Shown: piece by piece, positions 1 to 10,086 of the stretch
Layout of the letters: every line of letters starts with the position of its first letter
Position numbering within the stretch: the stretch's first letter is position 1
Virus record (IMG/VR): IMGVR_UViG_3300011242_000002
Span: 32,001 to 96,000 of that record
DNA: 64,000 bases
Source of the DNA: a virus
Taxonomy: Duplodnaviria > Caudoviricetes
Strand: one strand, 5' to 3'
The notes under the pieces: model-generated
Databases searched by the model: none
Seen by the model: only the letters and a program-made list of their open reading frames with translations
Told to the model about the DNA's origin: nothing
Program-made: the position numbers and the translations under genes

Positions 1-1
1 T

Positions 2-1753
2 AACGCTAAGCGCTTTCAACTGACCGGTTCCCCGACCTTTAACTACAACACCTTAAACAGTGGCGTGATTAAGGGCTGGGCACCAAACAGTACGCGTATT
101 GAATACCCCAACAACCTTACCTTTAACCAGGGGGCGTTCATCAGCCGTACCTCACAGGGTGGGGCGGTAGTGTGTGATGCTTCAGTAGCCTGGGGTCCGG
201 ATACCAAAGGGGTCAGCAGCTCGGGGACATCGATCGACAGAAACCTGAAGATCAGTGGCTCGTTTAGCTGGAACCTGACGGAAGGTCAAAACGTGGCGTT
301 GACTGCGGCACGTGCGGCGCTGGGGCGCAACAACATCTACAACGTAGCTTGGACCATCTATGCGGCACAGGACACCAACATCCCGCTGATCATGCTGCTT
401 ACCGCAACCTCACCGCGTGACGATGCGTTAGGCTTCCACGGGGTGCTGGCGTTGGTTGAGTTGAACCATTCGGGTGCCCGCAGTGGGCTACTGACCGGCT
501 ACAGCTTTAACCGTGTGGTAGCAAAAGGATTGATTGATAAAGTGCCGGGTAACGTGTCGTGTCAGTACGAAGCCAACGGCGCGCTGCAGGTGTTTAAATG
601 CACCGACGGTACCTACCTGATGTCGATTGCTTCACCGCCGGTGCTGGGCGTGTACGGTAGCCAGGAAAGCATGATCTACTTTGCCGCAGTCCGGGCAGGC
701 AGCAAAACCATTGAAGACGCCACGGTGAAGATGTACAACCACTCGTACTTCCCTAACGGCGGGTTACCGAGCGGGTTTGTGCATCCAAGCTACGGGCTGT
801 GCATGCTGGATTATGCGACCAACAACGCCAACTACAACGCCATCATGGCGATCAACGTCATGGCGTCATCTTACGCGGACTTTACAACCTGGGGTGTGAA
901 GAACAAGCTGATCCTCGGAGCACAGGAGGTAGAGAAAGGCTGGATCGTGTACTTCACCTCAGACACCCCGGTGTTCCTGTCCGGGAAAGAGTATATCGTT
1001 CCGGCAGGTAATATTGATCTGCGTAACATCACGGCGGATCCGGCGAACAAGACCTTCTATTGTTACGTGCGTCTGGGAGATACCGGTATTGAGTACTTTA
1101 TCACGCTTGAGCCGCTATCCCCAACGATGACCATGATGTACATCGGCAGCATCAGCACGGGGGTATCAGCGATTACCAAAATCGATGTCAGCAAGAAGAT
1201 CCGTGTAGATACCTTTGAGCTGTCACCGGTGCACATCGGTTCCGGTATTCCGGTTGGGGTGGGATCACCGGCTCAGGTGGGTGACTTCACCGGCTGGATC
1301 ATTCCGTACCTGCGCAGCAACGTCAAGACCCTGAAGTTTGCGGCCCGTCTGGACTACGAAGGGCGGTTTAGCGTTAACCTGCGCACCGGTGTGGTGAGCA
1401 TGTCATTAACCGAAAACGGCGTCGAAAGTCTGTCACGTCCGGTGGTGTGCTACGTTACCGGCACGTCATGGGACCCGCAGATGAACAGCGGGACTTCGGG
1501 ATCGAACAGCACGATGCTCACCCGTACCGCGACCATTCAGGGTCTCGGGGTAGTTGATATTGATAAAGCCTCCAGCTGGGCGGTGAAGATCGGTAACTTT
1601 GTAGGGCGTGATGCCAGCAAGATTACCATTACCCAGCCGTCCCCGGCAAACGACTACACCGCAACGGTGTCGGTCATTGACGGACCGTCAACGGGTACCA
1701 ACGGCGAGTCGTGGGACGAATACTCCTTCGACCTGTTCGTGACCATCAAGTAA
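2..1753 (+). CDS. tail fibre / virion structural protein, 5'-truncated by the window edge
   Basis: Frame is open from nt 2 to the stop at 1753. G/S/T/N-rich beta-type sequence; WIVYFTSDTPVFLSGKEY...IDLRNITADPANKTFYCYV resembles phiKZ-like tail fibre proteins. Confidence 0.7.
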   Translation, partial: NAKRFQLTGSPTFNYNTLNSGVIKGWAPNSTRIEYPNNLTFNQGAFISRTSQGGAVVCDASVAWGPDTKGVSSSGTSIDRNLKISGSFSWNLTEGQNVALTAARAALGRNNIYNVAWTIYAAQDTNIPLIMLLTATSPRDDALGFHGVLALVELNHSGARSGLLTGYSFNRVVAKGLIDKVPGNVSCQYEANGALQVFKCTDGTYLMSIASPPVLGVYGSQESMIYFAAVRAGSKTIEDATVKMYNHSYFPNGGLPSGFVHPSYGLCMLDYATNNANYNAIMAINVMASSYADFTTWGVKNKLILGAQEVEKGWIVYFTSDTPVFLSGKEYIVPAGNIDLRNITADPANKTFYCYVRLGDTGIEYFITLEPLSPTMTMMYIGSISTGVSAITKIDVSKKIRVDTFELSPVHIGSGIPVGVGSPAQVGDFTGWIIPYLRSNVKTLKFAARLDYEGRFSVNLRTGVVSMSLTENGVESLSRPVVCYVTGTSWDPQMNSGTSGSNSTMLTRTATIQGLGVVDIDKASSWAVKIGNFVGRDASKITITQPSPANDYTATVSVIDGPSTGTNGESWDEYSFDLFVTIK

Positions 1754-1755
1754 GG

Positions 1756-1811
1756 CGGCATAAGCAAGGCCTGGCCCTTCCCTTACGGGAGAGGCCAGTG
1801 CCTTTATGCCG
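1756..1811. terminator. bidirectional hairpin flanked by CGGCATAA...TTATGCCG
   Basis: GC-rich stem (ctggcc...ggccag) between convergent genes, with inverted flanking motifs. Confidence 0.75.
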
Positions 1812-1815
1812 ATAT

Positions 1816-2814
1816 TTACTGTGGGCCGTCGGACGTTGAACCACCGCGCTGAATACCGCCGTGACGATGTGACATTACGCTGATGCCACCGGCACGCACA
1901 TCTTTTGCCGCGGTAATAGAACCTGTTGTGGTGATGTTGCCACCTGAGTGTTTGATCGGACCAATCAGCTCGATCCCACCCGGGGAGTTGATCTTGGTGG
2001 TCTGAGTTTCCACTTCCCACTTGTTGGTTTCAAAGCGAATGCTGTTGTTGGCCTGCACCAGCCAGTCCTGGCAGATCATGTGGATCTTCTTCTTGGCGGT
2101 GAGTTTGAAGGTATCCTGGGCGATGATCTCGACGTTCTTCTTGTCGATCTTGAACATGGACTTGTCGGTGTTAATCATCTGCCACAGGGCGTTGACCGAA
2201 TCCAACGCAATGCTGTTATCCAGATCGTCGGCTACCGAGAACTTGCCGTTACCGTAGTCAAACTTGGCCACGTACTGCACGACTTCCCCGTTGGCCTTGG
2301 AGTTGGACATCATCATGTGTTTCTTGTGCGACGACCACTCAATAAAGTACCAGTCGCCGTCACCGATGGTTTTGTTCTCGGTGGTTTGTGGCGTACCGGA
2401 GATAGCGATTACAATGGTCTCTAAGCGTCGCAGCTCATCGTCAAGCCCCATCTCGGTCCAGTAGTACTTGTCCTCATCGCCGACCCGCCAAACCTCAACG
2501 CGCTCACCAGGCATTACATCCGGGGCGGTAACGCGATTCGAGCCGTGGGGTAGCCAGGTGGCGGTGACGTTCTGATCGGTGACCAGCTTGTTCTGCACCT
2601 GCTCGCCGCTGGCGGTCTCGCCTTTATACTCCAGCTGCTGCGGATCCACCGCCGCTTCCCCGGACATGTAGGAAGACATTTCACGCAGGCTGACCTGAAT
2701 GTCGCGGGAGTTGGTCGACTTCGGCGCTACCACCACCCCCATGGAATGGATGTGCAGCACCGAGACGTTCTGCAGGGTTTGTTTCTGCCCACCGGCAGCG
2801 TTCGACTGTTCCAT
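1816..2814 (-). CDS. baseplate central spike protein (gpV/gp138-like)
   Basis: OB-fold-like N-terminus (WLPHGSNRVTAPDVMPGERVEV), beta-repeat stalk, C-terminal SHRHGG HxH metal-binding apex motif. Confidence 0.8.
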   Translation of the reverse strand: MEQSNAAGGQKQTLQNVSVLHIHSMGVVVAPKSTNSRDIQVSLREMSSYMSGEAAVDPQQLEYKGETASGEQVQNKLVTDQNVTATWLPHGSNRVTAPDVMPGERVEVWRVGDEDKYYWTEMGLDDELRRLETIVIAISGTPQTTENKTIGDGDWYFIEWSSHKKHMMMSNSKANGEVVQYVAKFDYGNGKFSVADDLDNSIALDSVNALWQMINTDKSMFKIDKKNVEIIAQDTFKLTAKKKIHMICQDWLVQANNSIRFETNKWEVETQTTKINSPGGIELIGPIKHSGGNITTTGSITAAKDVRAGGISVMSHRHGGIQRGGSTSDGPQ

Positions 2815-2890
2815 GGTGTTATCCTAAGTTATTTAATACTGGCGTTACTGATTGTATAAGCTAAATACATTACACGTTAAGGACGTCAGC

Positions 2891-3082
2891 ATGTTAGAAT
2901 TCATTATCGGTTATGAAGCCCAGACGTTACCCTACTGGCTTACGGCTGCGATCGACAACGGGTCGGTAGTAGTAAAGGGGAGTTCGACCAGTGAAGAGCG
3001 CTATTATCACCTCAACGGTCAGGTGGCCGGGCCAGGCAGCACCCTGGTGTTTGACGGTAGCGTCATAACCGTGAAAGGGTAA
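2891..3082 (+). CDS. hypothetical protein
   Basis: AAGGA SD before ATG 2891; ends 3 nt before the sbcC start. Confidence 0.6.
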   Translation: MLEFIIGYEAQTLPYWLTAAIDNGSVVVKGSSTSEERYYHLNGQVAGPGSTLVFDGSVITVKG

Positions 3083-3085
3083 CGT

Positions 3086-5575
3086 ATGCGAATCAAGTAC
3101 CTTGAGCTATACCATTACCAGCGCCTGAAGAATAAAGGCATCAACCGCATCAAGCTCGACTTCACCGAGGTCATCCAGGTCATCATCGGCGCCAACGGCA
3201 TGGGCAAATCCAGCCTGATGCGGGAGATCTCTCCACTCCCCCCGGACAACGGTGATTACGTCAAGGGTGGCACCAAGCATGTGATCATTGAGCACAAGGG
3301 GGCCTTTTATGAACTGATGTCGATTTGTGGCACCCCGTCCCGTCACTCCTTTAAGTGTAACGACGTAGAGCTCAACGAATCCAAGAACCTCAGCGCCCAG
3401 AAGGAACTGGTCGAGGTCCATTTTGGCTATACCGGGGAAATCCACGAGCTGCTGCTCGGCTTGGTGAACGGCGTATCCTTTACCACCATGTCACCGGCCA
3501 AGCGCAAAGAGTGGCTGATGGCGCTCTACCCCAACGACCTGACCTACATCACCGATCTGCATGACAAGTTTAAGACCATGCTGCGCGATGCCAAGGGCGG
3601 AATCCGCACCAGCTCCACGCACCTGTCCGGCTTATACGACCAGCGCGGCAACGGGACCAATCTGGAGGAGATGCAGCAGCGTATCGATCACCTTCAGCAG
3701 CGGCGTGACAAGATTGCCCGTTTGGTTTCCGAACAGCTGACCAGTGAGAACCACCAGGGAAACATTGATCGTACCTACGTGGACCTGCAGCGTCTGGTGA
3801 ATAATCACCGTAACCCGATTGCGCTACAGGGTAGCTACCGGGACCGTGAACATATCGTTGAGCTGATTAACGAAACCAACGGTAACCTGCAACAGCTGGA
3901 GTACGCCTACCAGACCCACAGCAAGGAGCTGACGGAGCTTGCGAATAACGAAGTGTTCAAGCAGGCGGCCACCGCCGAGGACAAGGAACGCCTGGAAGCC
4001 CAGCAGCGTCAGCTGAGTGAACAGCTCGAGCGTGACAAGACCGACTGGGCGATTGCGGTGTCCAACTATAGCGACTTTGCCTTATGGCCGATCATCACCG
4101 GACTCAACGAGTTTGACCAGCGTAACCTGATAAGCGTGGCGCCTGGGTTGTTAGAACTGCTGGTTGCCCTGCATCCCATGGACGATGAAGAGGTTACCCT
4201 GCGTCGCTATGATGCCGTGGTCAAGCTGAAGTACGAGCTCGGTCCCGAGCTGGAAAAGCAAACTGACATTGTTAACCGCATCAGCCACAAGCTGAACCAC
4301 CTGGAGTCGGCCGATCGCACCGAGTGTCCGAACTGCAGTCACCGTTGGTTACCCGGTGTGTCAACCCAGCAGCTGGAAGAGTTCCGCCAGCGTAAGGCTG
4401 TGGAGCAGCAGAAGCTCGATGACCTGACTGCCCGGATGGCCAAGTGTGATCACTACATTAATACCTACGCCATCTGGTATGCTGCCGCCAGTCAGTTTAC
4501 CCGCTACATGGTCGGCCACCCTAACCTGGAAGGATTACACCAGTGGTTGACCGAGCAACGCGTGCTGTACGTTGGGGGTACCAGTTTTGCCCGTGAGTTG
4601 ATGGCGATCATCAATGCTCTGCCTACCGAACACAGTATCCGCAATGTTACGGCAGAGCTGGAACAGCTGGCCAACCGGCTGAAGATGTTTGACTCCGATG
4701 CCATTGAATGGCACAAGCGTCGCTACCAGGAACACGAAGACGCGCTTAACCGGGTGATTGAACAGCGGCGTGCCGCAAATCAGGACCTGCAGCGATTGAA
4801 CCGAGACCTGCAAACTGCCGACGATGCTCAGCGCATGGTCAACGAACTGCAGCGCCAGAAAGGGTACATCGTCAGCCAGGTTGGTCAGTTCGCCCACCAA
4901 ACCTTAACCAGCATTGCCAACAACGAGCATCGCCAGCTTGGGGATGAACAGCGGGCCTTAACCACCCAGCTGTTTAACAGCCGTTCACTGGAAGGCTCCA
5001 TCACCAGTACCGAGCAGCACATCGAACTGATGCGCCAGCAGGAAGAGGTGTTGAAGCTGTTGGTGAAGGCCACCTCCCCTACCGAAGGGCTGATTGCTGA
5101 GCAGCTGTCCGAATTCATTGAATGCTTTATGGGGAACATGAATGCAGAGATTGACGAAATATGGGATGACGTGCTCCAGATTAAGCCCTGCAATTTGGAA
5201 AATGGTTCGTTGTCATACAAGTTCCCGCTGTTATCCGGTGAATACGACTGCGAAACCGCCGACATCTCCGAATCCTCCACCGGCGAATCTCAGCTGATTA
5301 ACTGGGTGTTTCGTTTAGTGGTGATGGAGTATCTGGGCTTCAACGAATATCCGCTGTACGGCGATGAGATTGGTGCCAACTTCGATGAGAAGCACCGTCC
5401 ACGGCTGATGGAGTTCTTGAAGAAGTGTGCATCATCCGGCAAGTACAGCCAGATCTTTCTTATTTCGCACTACATCGCTCAGCACGGGGTGCTAACCCAC
5501 GCCGAGGTCTGTGCCCTGTCCACGGACGGTGTGGCCCTCCCAGAGCGTTACAATGAGCATGTGGTGATGTCTTAA
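3086..5575 (+). CDS. sbcC: SbcC/Rad50-like SMC ATPase
   Basis: Walker A GANGMGKSS, long coiled coils with central CPNC zinc hook, SSTGE signature, Walker B LYGDE, H-loop LISH. Confidence 0.9.
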   Translation: MRIKYLELYHYQRLKNKGINRIKLDFTEVIQVIIGANGMGKSSLMREISPLPPDNGDYVKGGTKHVIIEHKGAFYELMSICGTPSRHSFKCNDVELNESKNLSAQKELVEVHFGYTGEIHELLLGLVNGVSFTTMSPAKRKEWLMALYPNDLTYITDLHDKFKTMLRDAKGGIRTSSTHLSGLYDQRGNGTNLEEMQQRIDHLQQRRDKIARLVSEQLTSENHQGNIDRTYVDLQRLVNNHRNPIALQGSYRDREHIVELINETNGNLQQLEYAYQTHSKELTELANNEVFKQAATAEDKERLEAQQRQLSEQLERDKTDWAIAVSNYSDFALWPIITGLNEFDQRNLISVAPGLLELLVALHPMDDEEVTLRRYDAVVKLKYELGPELEKQTDIVNRISHKLNHLESADRTECPNCSHRWLPGVSTQQLEEFRQRKAVEQQKLDDLTARMAKCDHYINTYAIWYAAASQFTRYMVGHPNLEGLHQWLTEQRVLYVGGTSFARELMAIINALPTEHSIRNVTAELEQLANRLKMFDSDAIEWHKRRYQEHEDALNRVIEQRRAANQDLQRLNRDLQTADDAQRMVNELQRQKGYIVSQVGQFAHQTLTSIANNEHRQLGDEQRALTTQLFNSRSLEGSITSTEQHIELMRQQEEVLKLLVKATSPTEGLIAEQLSEFIECFMGNMNAEIDEIWDDVLQIKPCNLENGSLSYKFPLLSGEYDCETADISESSTGESQLINWVFRLVVMEYLGFNEYPLYGDEIGANFDEKHRPRLMEFLKKCASSGKYSQIFLISHYIAQHGVLTHAEVCALSTDGVALPERYNEHVVMS

Positions 5576-5618
5576 CTATTGGGGCCTTGGCCCCTTCTGC
5601 CTTTCAAAAGGAACCGTT

Positions 5619-6680
5619 ATGTCTGAGAAGAAACAAAAGGGTAAGCAAGCCTGGTGCCTTAACACCGTCGCTACCCTAAAGCCGTACGTTGAACGTAAAG
5701 AACACATCACCCGCACCACCGCTAACCGGCTGGTTAAACCGGTGACCAACTGGCAACGTCGTGAGCTGGACACCTTGCGCAAACAGGCCAACCAGATCAT
5801 CCGCGGGGAGGACGTCAGCGCCCTGACCTACGGTATCTTTGGTATGACACTCGAGCATCCGGATCTGGTGGCCTTCACCGCCTCTTTTGATGCCGCGATC
5901 AAACAACATAATGCGCCGTTCCATTACCCGGCTGAGCTGCACATCCGTGGGTTGCAGGCTTCAGAAGAAAAGGTGTTCTATGACAATCAGTATCATCACC
6001 GTAAAGCCATTATCGGTGACGTCTGGATCATTCGTCGTGAATACTCACGAACCATGGACATGCTGATCGTGGAGAATGAACACACCTACGTGGTTATCCC
6101 TGACTGTGTTGGTAAGATGATACAGCAAAAGACCGGCTACCGCTGCCTCTATCCGGAGTGCGTGAAGGTGGCAGACGTTGAGATCATCTATCCCGAGACC
6201 CCTGACCAGCCTGTGGGTGAACCGATACTCCCGTTAACGACTTCCGTTGCTACGGAGCAGGCATTGCCTGCGGTGGGGGAGCCTGGTGTTCTGTATAACG
6301 TGCGCAAACCGGACGGTAGTATGTCGCAGATGATGTGGTTATCCGGACAGGGTTGGTGCTGCGTAGAGAATGCCAGCGCCCCGAATACCGCAAGCACCGC
6401 GTTTGTGAGCGTCACACCGGCTGTTCAGGAAGCGCCGAACCCGAGCACGCCCGAACCTGTTGTGGTGACGCCACCACATATCGTACAAGCACACCCGGCG
6501 GCGGTTAAACAGCTTAACGTACTGCATCCGCCAAAGCACGGTGAGCTGCGCGTTACGGGTGATACGGTATACATCTTTGATGAGCAGTATGGCTGGTGTC
6601 ATCGCGAAGCTTATGATGAGTCACCGGCGCCGGTGAAACCGTCGTTCTGGCAGAAGTGGTTTGGTTGGTTGCGTAAATAA
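5619..6680 (+). CDS. hypothetical protein with Pro-rich linker and amphipathic C-terminus (SFWQKWFGWLRK)
   Basis: 353-aa ORF with AAGGA SD. Confidence 0.75.
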   Translation: MSEKKQKGKQAWCLNTVATLKPYVERKEHITRTTANRLVKPVTNWQRRELDTLRKQANQIIRGEDVSALTYGIFGMTLEHPDLVAFTASFDAAIKQHNAPFHYPAELHIRGLQASEEKVFYDNQYHHRKAIIGDVWIIRREYSRTMDMLIVENEHTYVVIPDCVGKMIQQKTGYRCLYPECVKVADVEIIYPETPDQPVGEPILPLTTSVATEQALPAVGEPGVLYNVRKPDGSMSQMMWLSGQGWCCVENASAPNTASTAFVSVTPAVQEAPNPSTPEPVVVTPPHIVQAHPAAVKQLNVLHPPKHGELRVTGDTVYIFDEQYGWCHREAYDESPAPVKPSFWQKWFGWLRK

Positions 6681-6688
6681 TCTTGGGC

Positions 6689-6704
6689 CTACATTACCTC
6701 TATG
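6689..6704 (+). promoter_or_regulatory. putative phage early promoter CTACATTAC-N5-TG
   Basis: Intergenic copy of a motif seen 8 times; resembles the phiKZ early promoter core TATATTAC. Confidence 0.7.
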
Positions 6705-6735
6705 CGATGGCACGACGATCCAATGGAGGTAATGT

Positions 6736-7116
6736 ATGTACCACGTGTTGACTATCTCCCTTCCTGGGTTAGTGGCATCGGTAAACGAAACCATCAAGGC
6801 CACGAACTACGCGCACATGATCGCCCCGGCCTATTTTCTTACGGCGGCGGTAGAGCGTTTGAGCAGTGATGACCATACCACGCTGGACGTGCTGTTTGCG
6901 TACGTGCATTCGCTGGCACCGGAGCTGCGTGATTGGCCGTATGAGGCGGAAGACGACTGGCTACTGTTAGAGCATCTGACACTACTGGCTAATCAGATTC
7001 GCCCTATCATCGCCCCGCTGATGCCGATTGGTGGGAAAGCGCAATACTACAACCATACCGATGACACTTTGACTATGTTAATTAAAACACCAGTAGGATA
7101 TGATTATGGCTTTTGA
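6736..7116 (+). CDS. hypothetical protein
   Basis: GGAGG SD; first gene after the promoter motif. Confidence 0.75.
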   Translation: MYHVLTISLPGLVASVNETIKATNYAHMIAPAYFLTAAVERLSSDDHTTLDVLFAYVHSLAPELRDWPYEAEDDWLLLEHLTLLANQIRPIIAPLMPIGGKAQYYNHTDDTLTMLIKTPVGYDYGF

Positions 7117-7504
7117 CAGTTTTTTATCAGGGAATATTGCGGCCTTTTTGTTTAACATGAAAGAACAGCTGGCTAAGCGTGACACCCAGTATGACCGCTG
7201 GCTGACCCTGCACTACCCGGCAAACCGCTGCGTGGTGATGCAACAGCGCCAGCGGGTACTCGGCACCGCCATTGCGGTCTACAGCTTCGTGACCGGACGC
7301 CAACCCACCGAAGACGAAAAGCAGCGGGTGCTGGAATGGGTGCGGCGTAACCCCTTCGTGGTGGTGGACGAACACCTGGCATTGCAGCTGTTTATTCGTC
7401 TGCATTCGGACGTTCCGGTAAGCCAAACCCTGGTGACTACGCTACCGCGTCACTGCTGTCAGTTTAGCTATCCGTTAGTTTTACCGGAATTAGTTGGTAA
7501 ATAG
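7100..7504 (+). CDS. hypothetical protein
   Basis: Overlapping, operon-like ORF. Confidence 0.7.
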   Translation: MIMAFDSFLSGNIAAFLFNMKEQLAKRDTQYDRWLTLHYPANRCVVMQQRQRVLGTAIAVYSFVTGRQPTEDEKQRVLEWVRRNPFVVVDEHLALQLFIRLHSDVPVSQTLVTTLPRHCCQFSYPLVLPELVGK

Positions 7505-7523
7505 TGTAAGGAGGGAGTATACC

Positions 7524-7823
7524 ATGATTATCGCCACGTGCGTAGTCAAGGTACCGTCTTTAGTTGGGGGTTATGCCCCGTTTGATCTGTCGGCTCCGGA
7601 GCTGATCGGTCTCGCTATTGACCACATTAACCGGGGCGACGTTGCACTTATTGATCACCCCGTGTATCAACACTCAAGCGTTGCGTTCACCAACACTATC
7701 ATTGACCTTGCGGTAGAGATTCTTAATCATCTACCTGCCGAGCTCGAAACCGATTTTGATCAGATTGGGATCGTGCAGATTGATGGTACGGTTGCGCTAG
7801 TAACGCTAGAGATGAAGGACTAA
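7524..7823 (+). CDS. hypothetical protein
   Basis: AAGGAGG SD before ATG 7524. Confidence 0.7.
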   Translation: MIIATCVVKVPSLVGGYAPFDLSAPELIGLAIDHINRGDVALIDHPVYQHSSVAFTNTIIDLAVEILNHLPAELETDFDQIGIVQIDGTVALVTLEMKD

Positions 7824-7828
7824 GTGGT

Positions 7829-8224
7829 ATGGCAAACGCCCCCAATTTTCAACGTGTGATTTGTGTTATTGAATGCCCGGCTGCCGATGACCTGTTGCGT
7901 CAACACTGCGCGGTAAAGAACAAAGAGTGGCGCATTGCCTTCGAAGACCTGATGGAGGTCGTGGCGTTAGTCATGGAAGGGAATGAGAATGAAGCGTTCC
8001 GTCGTCTGGAATACTTCGTTGGTATCCCGTTGTTCCACCCCGCACATTACGGCCGCGATAGCTTTTCCCAACCCGCTACCGATCTGGTAACTGCGCTGGC
8101 ACTCGCACTCAAACATGCGTTACCTCACGCCCAACCGAATCAGGACAACCTTGTCGTGCGCTGTACGTTCTTACAGACAACCGGCAAGTGGTTCGTATTC
8201 GATGTGGTTTTACAAACTTGTTAA
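7829..8224 (+). CDS. hypothetical protein
   Basis: Operon-like spacing. Confidence 0.7.
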   Translation: MANAPNFQRVICVIECPAADDLLRQHCAVKNKEWRIAFEDLMEVVALVMEGNENEAFRRLEYFVGIPLFHPAHYGRDSFSQPATDLVTALALALKHALPHAQPNQDNLVVRCTFLQTTGKWFVFDVVLQTC

Positions 8225-8335
8225 GCAGGAGAACTTGTATACGACGTGTCCTCAGCAGGGGCACACCAAACGCCGTGGAGACGATAGGTTTCTTGTCTCC
8301 ACTCAAAATATCCACGCCGGCTTGGTGATAAACAG

Positions 8336-9070
8336 ATGACAACCACTTTTAACTTTATCCGTGTTTTACTGCTCGCTGCAGCAGTTTCCTTTACTGGCTA
8401 TGCACAAGCGTCCGCTCCCGCAAAGAAGGTCGAGTTCAACCAGGCAGGCTTTAACAAGTACAAGAAAGACTTGTTGAAGGCCAGCCAGGCGACCGGGGAA
8501 TCCGCGACTACGTTAGCCGCCTATTCATCCATTGAAACTAACCTGCGGGCTAACGTCTGCAACTCCGCTGGAAGCGGTGCGTGCGGGATGACCCAGTTCA
8601 TGCCCGGCACTTGGAAAACCATGGTGAAGAAGAACCACCGCAAGTATGGTTTGAGTAAAAACGTATCTCGTTCTAATGCTTACGCTAACCTGGTCATGAC
8701 GGCCGAGTACATTAAGGATAACCGTGACATCCTTAAGAAAGCGTTAAACCGAGATGTCAGCCCCTCGGAGGTCTACCTGGCACACGCGCTGGGCCCGGGC
8801 AACGCGCTCAAGGTTCTGCGTGCTAACCCTAACCGCAAGATCACCAGCGTGATCTCTGTCCATCGTGGCAACAACCGGTTAATGTATGCAAAAGGCAAGC
8901 CTCTTACCGTGGCGCAGTTTAAAGCCAACATGCAGCGAAAGTTTACCGCACACAGCTCAGTGTACCGCCCGGCTGTCAACAGCTACGCCCTGAACCAGCT
9001 GCCCAAGCAGCAGGCGATGGATCATCTGATCGCACAGGTTTCGACGACCCCTGGTGTGCCGTCTTTGTAA
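8336..9070 (+). CDS. SLT-family lytic transglycosylase with N-terminal signal peptide
   Basis: SIET catalytic Glu, ACGMTQFMPGTW motif, VYLAHALGPG motif (phiKZ gp144-like catalytic domain); signal peptide ending AQA. Confidence 0.85.
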   Translation: MTTTFNFIRVLLLAAAVSFTGYAQASAPAKKVEFNQAGFNKYKKDLLKASQATGESATTLAAYSSIETNLRANVCNSAGSGACGMTQFMPGTWKTMVKKNHRKYGLSKNVSRSNAYANLVMTAEYIKDNRDILKKALNRDVSPSEVYLAHALGPGNALKVLRANPNRKITSVISVHRGNNRLMYAKGKPLTVAQFKANMQRKFTAHSSVYRPAVNSYALNQLPKQQAMDHLIAQVSTTPGVPSL

Positions 9071-9107
9071 AACCTTACATAACCCGTCGATAATGTACAC
9101 CCACAAC

Positions 9108-9136
9108 GGCAGTCCTTCGGGGCTGCCTTTATGCCG
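9108..9136 (+). terminator. UUCG hairpin + TTATGCCG
   Basis: ggcagtcc-ttcg-gggctgcc followed by TTTATGCCG. Confidence 0.7.
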
Positions 9137-9153
9137 ATCTAAGGATAACCCGT

Positions 9154-10035
9154 ATGTCCGTTCGTTCGTTGATTGCTTTTACCGGTGGACTGGATTCCAC
9201 TTATTTATTGCAGGAAGAATTAAAGAAAGGTCATGATGTCGAGGTTGTTTACGCCTACGTCTCCCAGGGTGATATCCACTGCCTTGCCGAGTTAACTTGT
9301 CGACGTCGTATTCTTAATTACTTCAAACAACTTTATCCGGGTAAGATAAAGGATGAATGGGTTACCGTCGATCCCGCCCTCTGGGTGAGACAAGGTTTGG
9401 ATGCGATGCGGTCTGGGCGTGTACAACTCGTTCAACAATACAACACCATGACGTCACTGATTCAGGTTATCCTGCAGGCTGATAAAAATATTCATTATCG
9501 ACCAATGACAGGCTGGCACTGTATGGATGTCATGGAAAACAATCCGGCAGAATACCAATCGGAGGAAACTTACACGCTCTACAAAGGAATCTTTAAATCT
9601 TTAGTACGGAGTGTAGAGCCAGAACGCAATATTTTCTGTGGGTTAACAACACCGGTTTGGAACACGACTAAAAAGGAAATGTGGGATTCGCTAGACAGCT
9701 GGGTGCAATCAAACATTTCGACCGGTTACCAGTTTTCAGAAACAGAAGCGCGCAACGGCGCCCTTGTGTTGATAGATGACACCGAGTTCAAGAAAGTGCG
9801 TGAGTACCGTGAACTCGGTGTCTCAACCCCGGTTGCTGTCACTGCACACTTTGAGTTGCTGTCTAAACTCGATCGCTACTTCATTGGGAAGATGTATGGT
9901 GTGGGCTACGGGAGCTCGTCTGTATTCCGCAATTGTAAGGATTATTACAATTCGATAAATAACCACATCGGGCGTGCAGTAAACATTGAATGGGTGCAAA
10001 AGCTGCACGACACCCATCGTAAAAGTAATGATTAA
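9154..10035 (+). CDS. QueC-like PP-loop ATP pyrophosphatase
   Basis: N-terminal IAFTGGLDSTYLL PP-loop and PVWNTTKKEMW motif; no C-terminal Zn-binding Cys cluster. Confidence 0.65.
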   Translation: MSVRSLIAFTGGLDSTYLLQEELKKGHDVEVVYAYVSQGDIHCLAELTCRRRILNYFKQLYPGKIKDEWVTVDPALWVRQGLDAMRSGRVQLVQQYNTMTSLIQVILQADKNIHYRPMTGWHCMDVMENNPAEYQSEETYTLYKGIFKSLVRSVEPERNIFCGLTTPVWNTTKKEMWDSLDSWVQSNISTGYQFSETEARNGALVLIDDTEFKKVREYRELGVSTPVAVTAHFELLSKLDRYFIGKMYGVGYGSSSVFRNCKDYYNSINNHIGRAVNIEWVQKLHDTHRKSND

Positions 10036-10086
10036 CATTATTCCGTCATTCTGTAGCAAACTCAATTTACTCGTAAGGATCGTATT

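Noticed and set aside
9154-10035. 7-deazaguanine DNA-modification cluster
   Set aside because: No queD, queE, folE or dpdA in the window, and the QueC-like protein lacks the Zn ligands.
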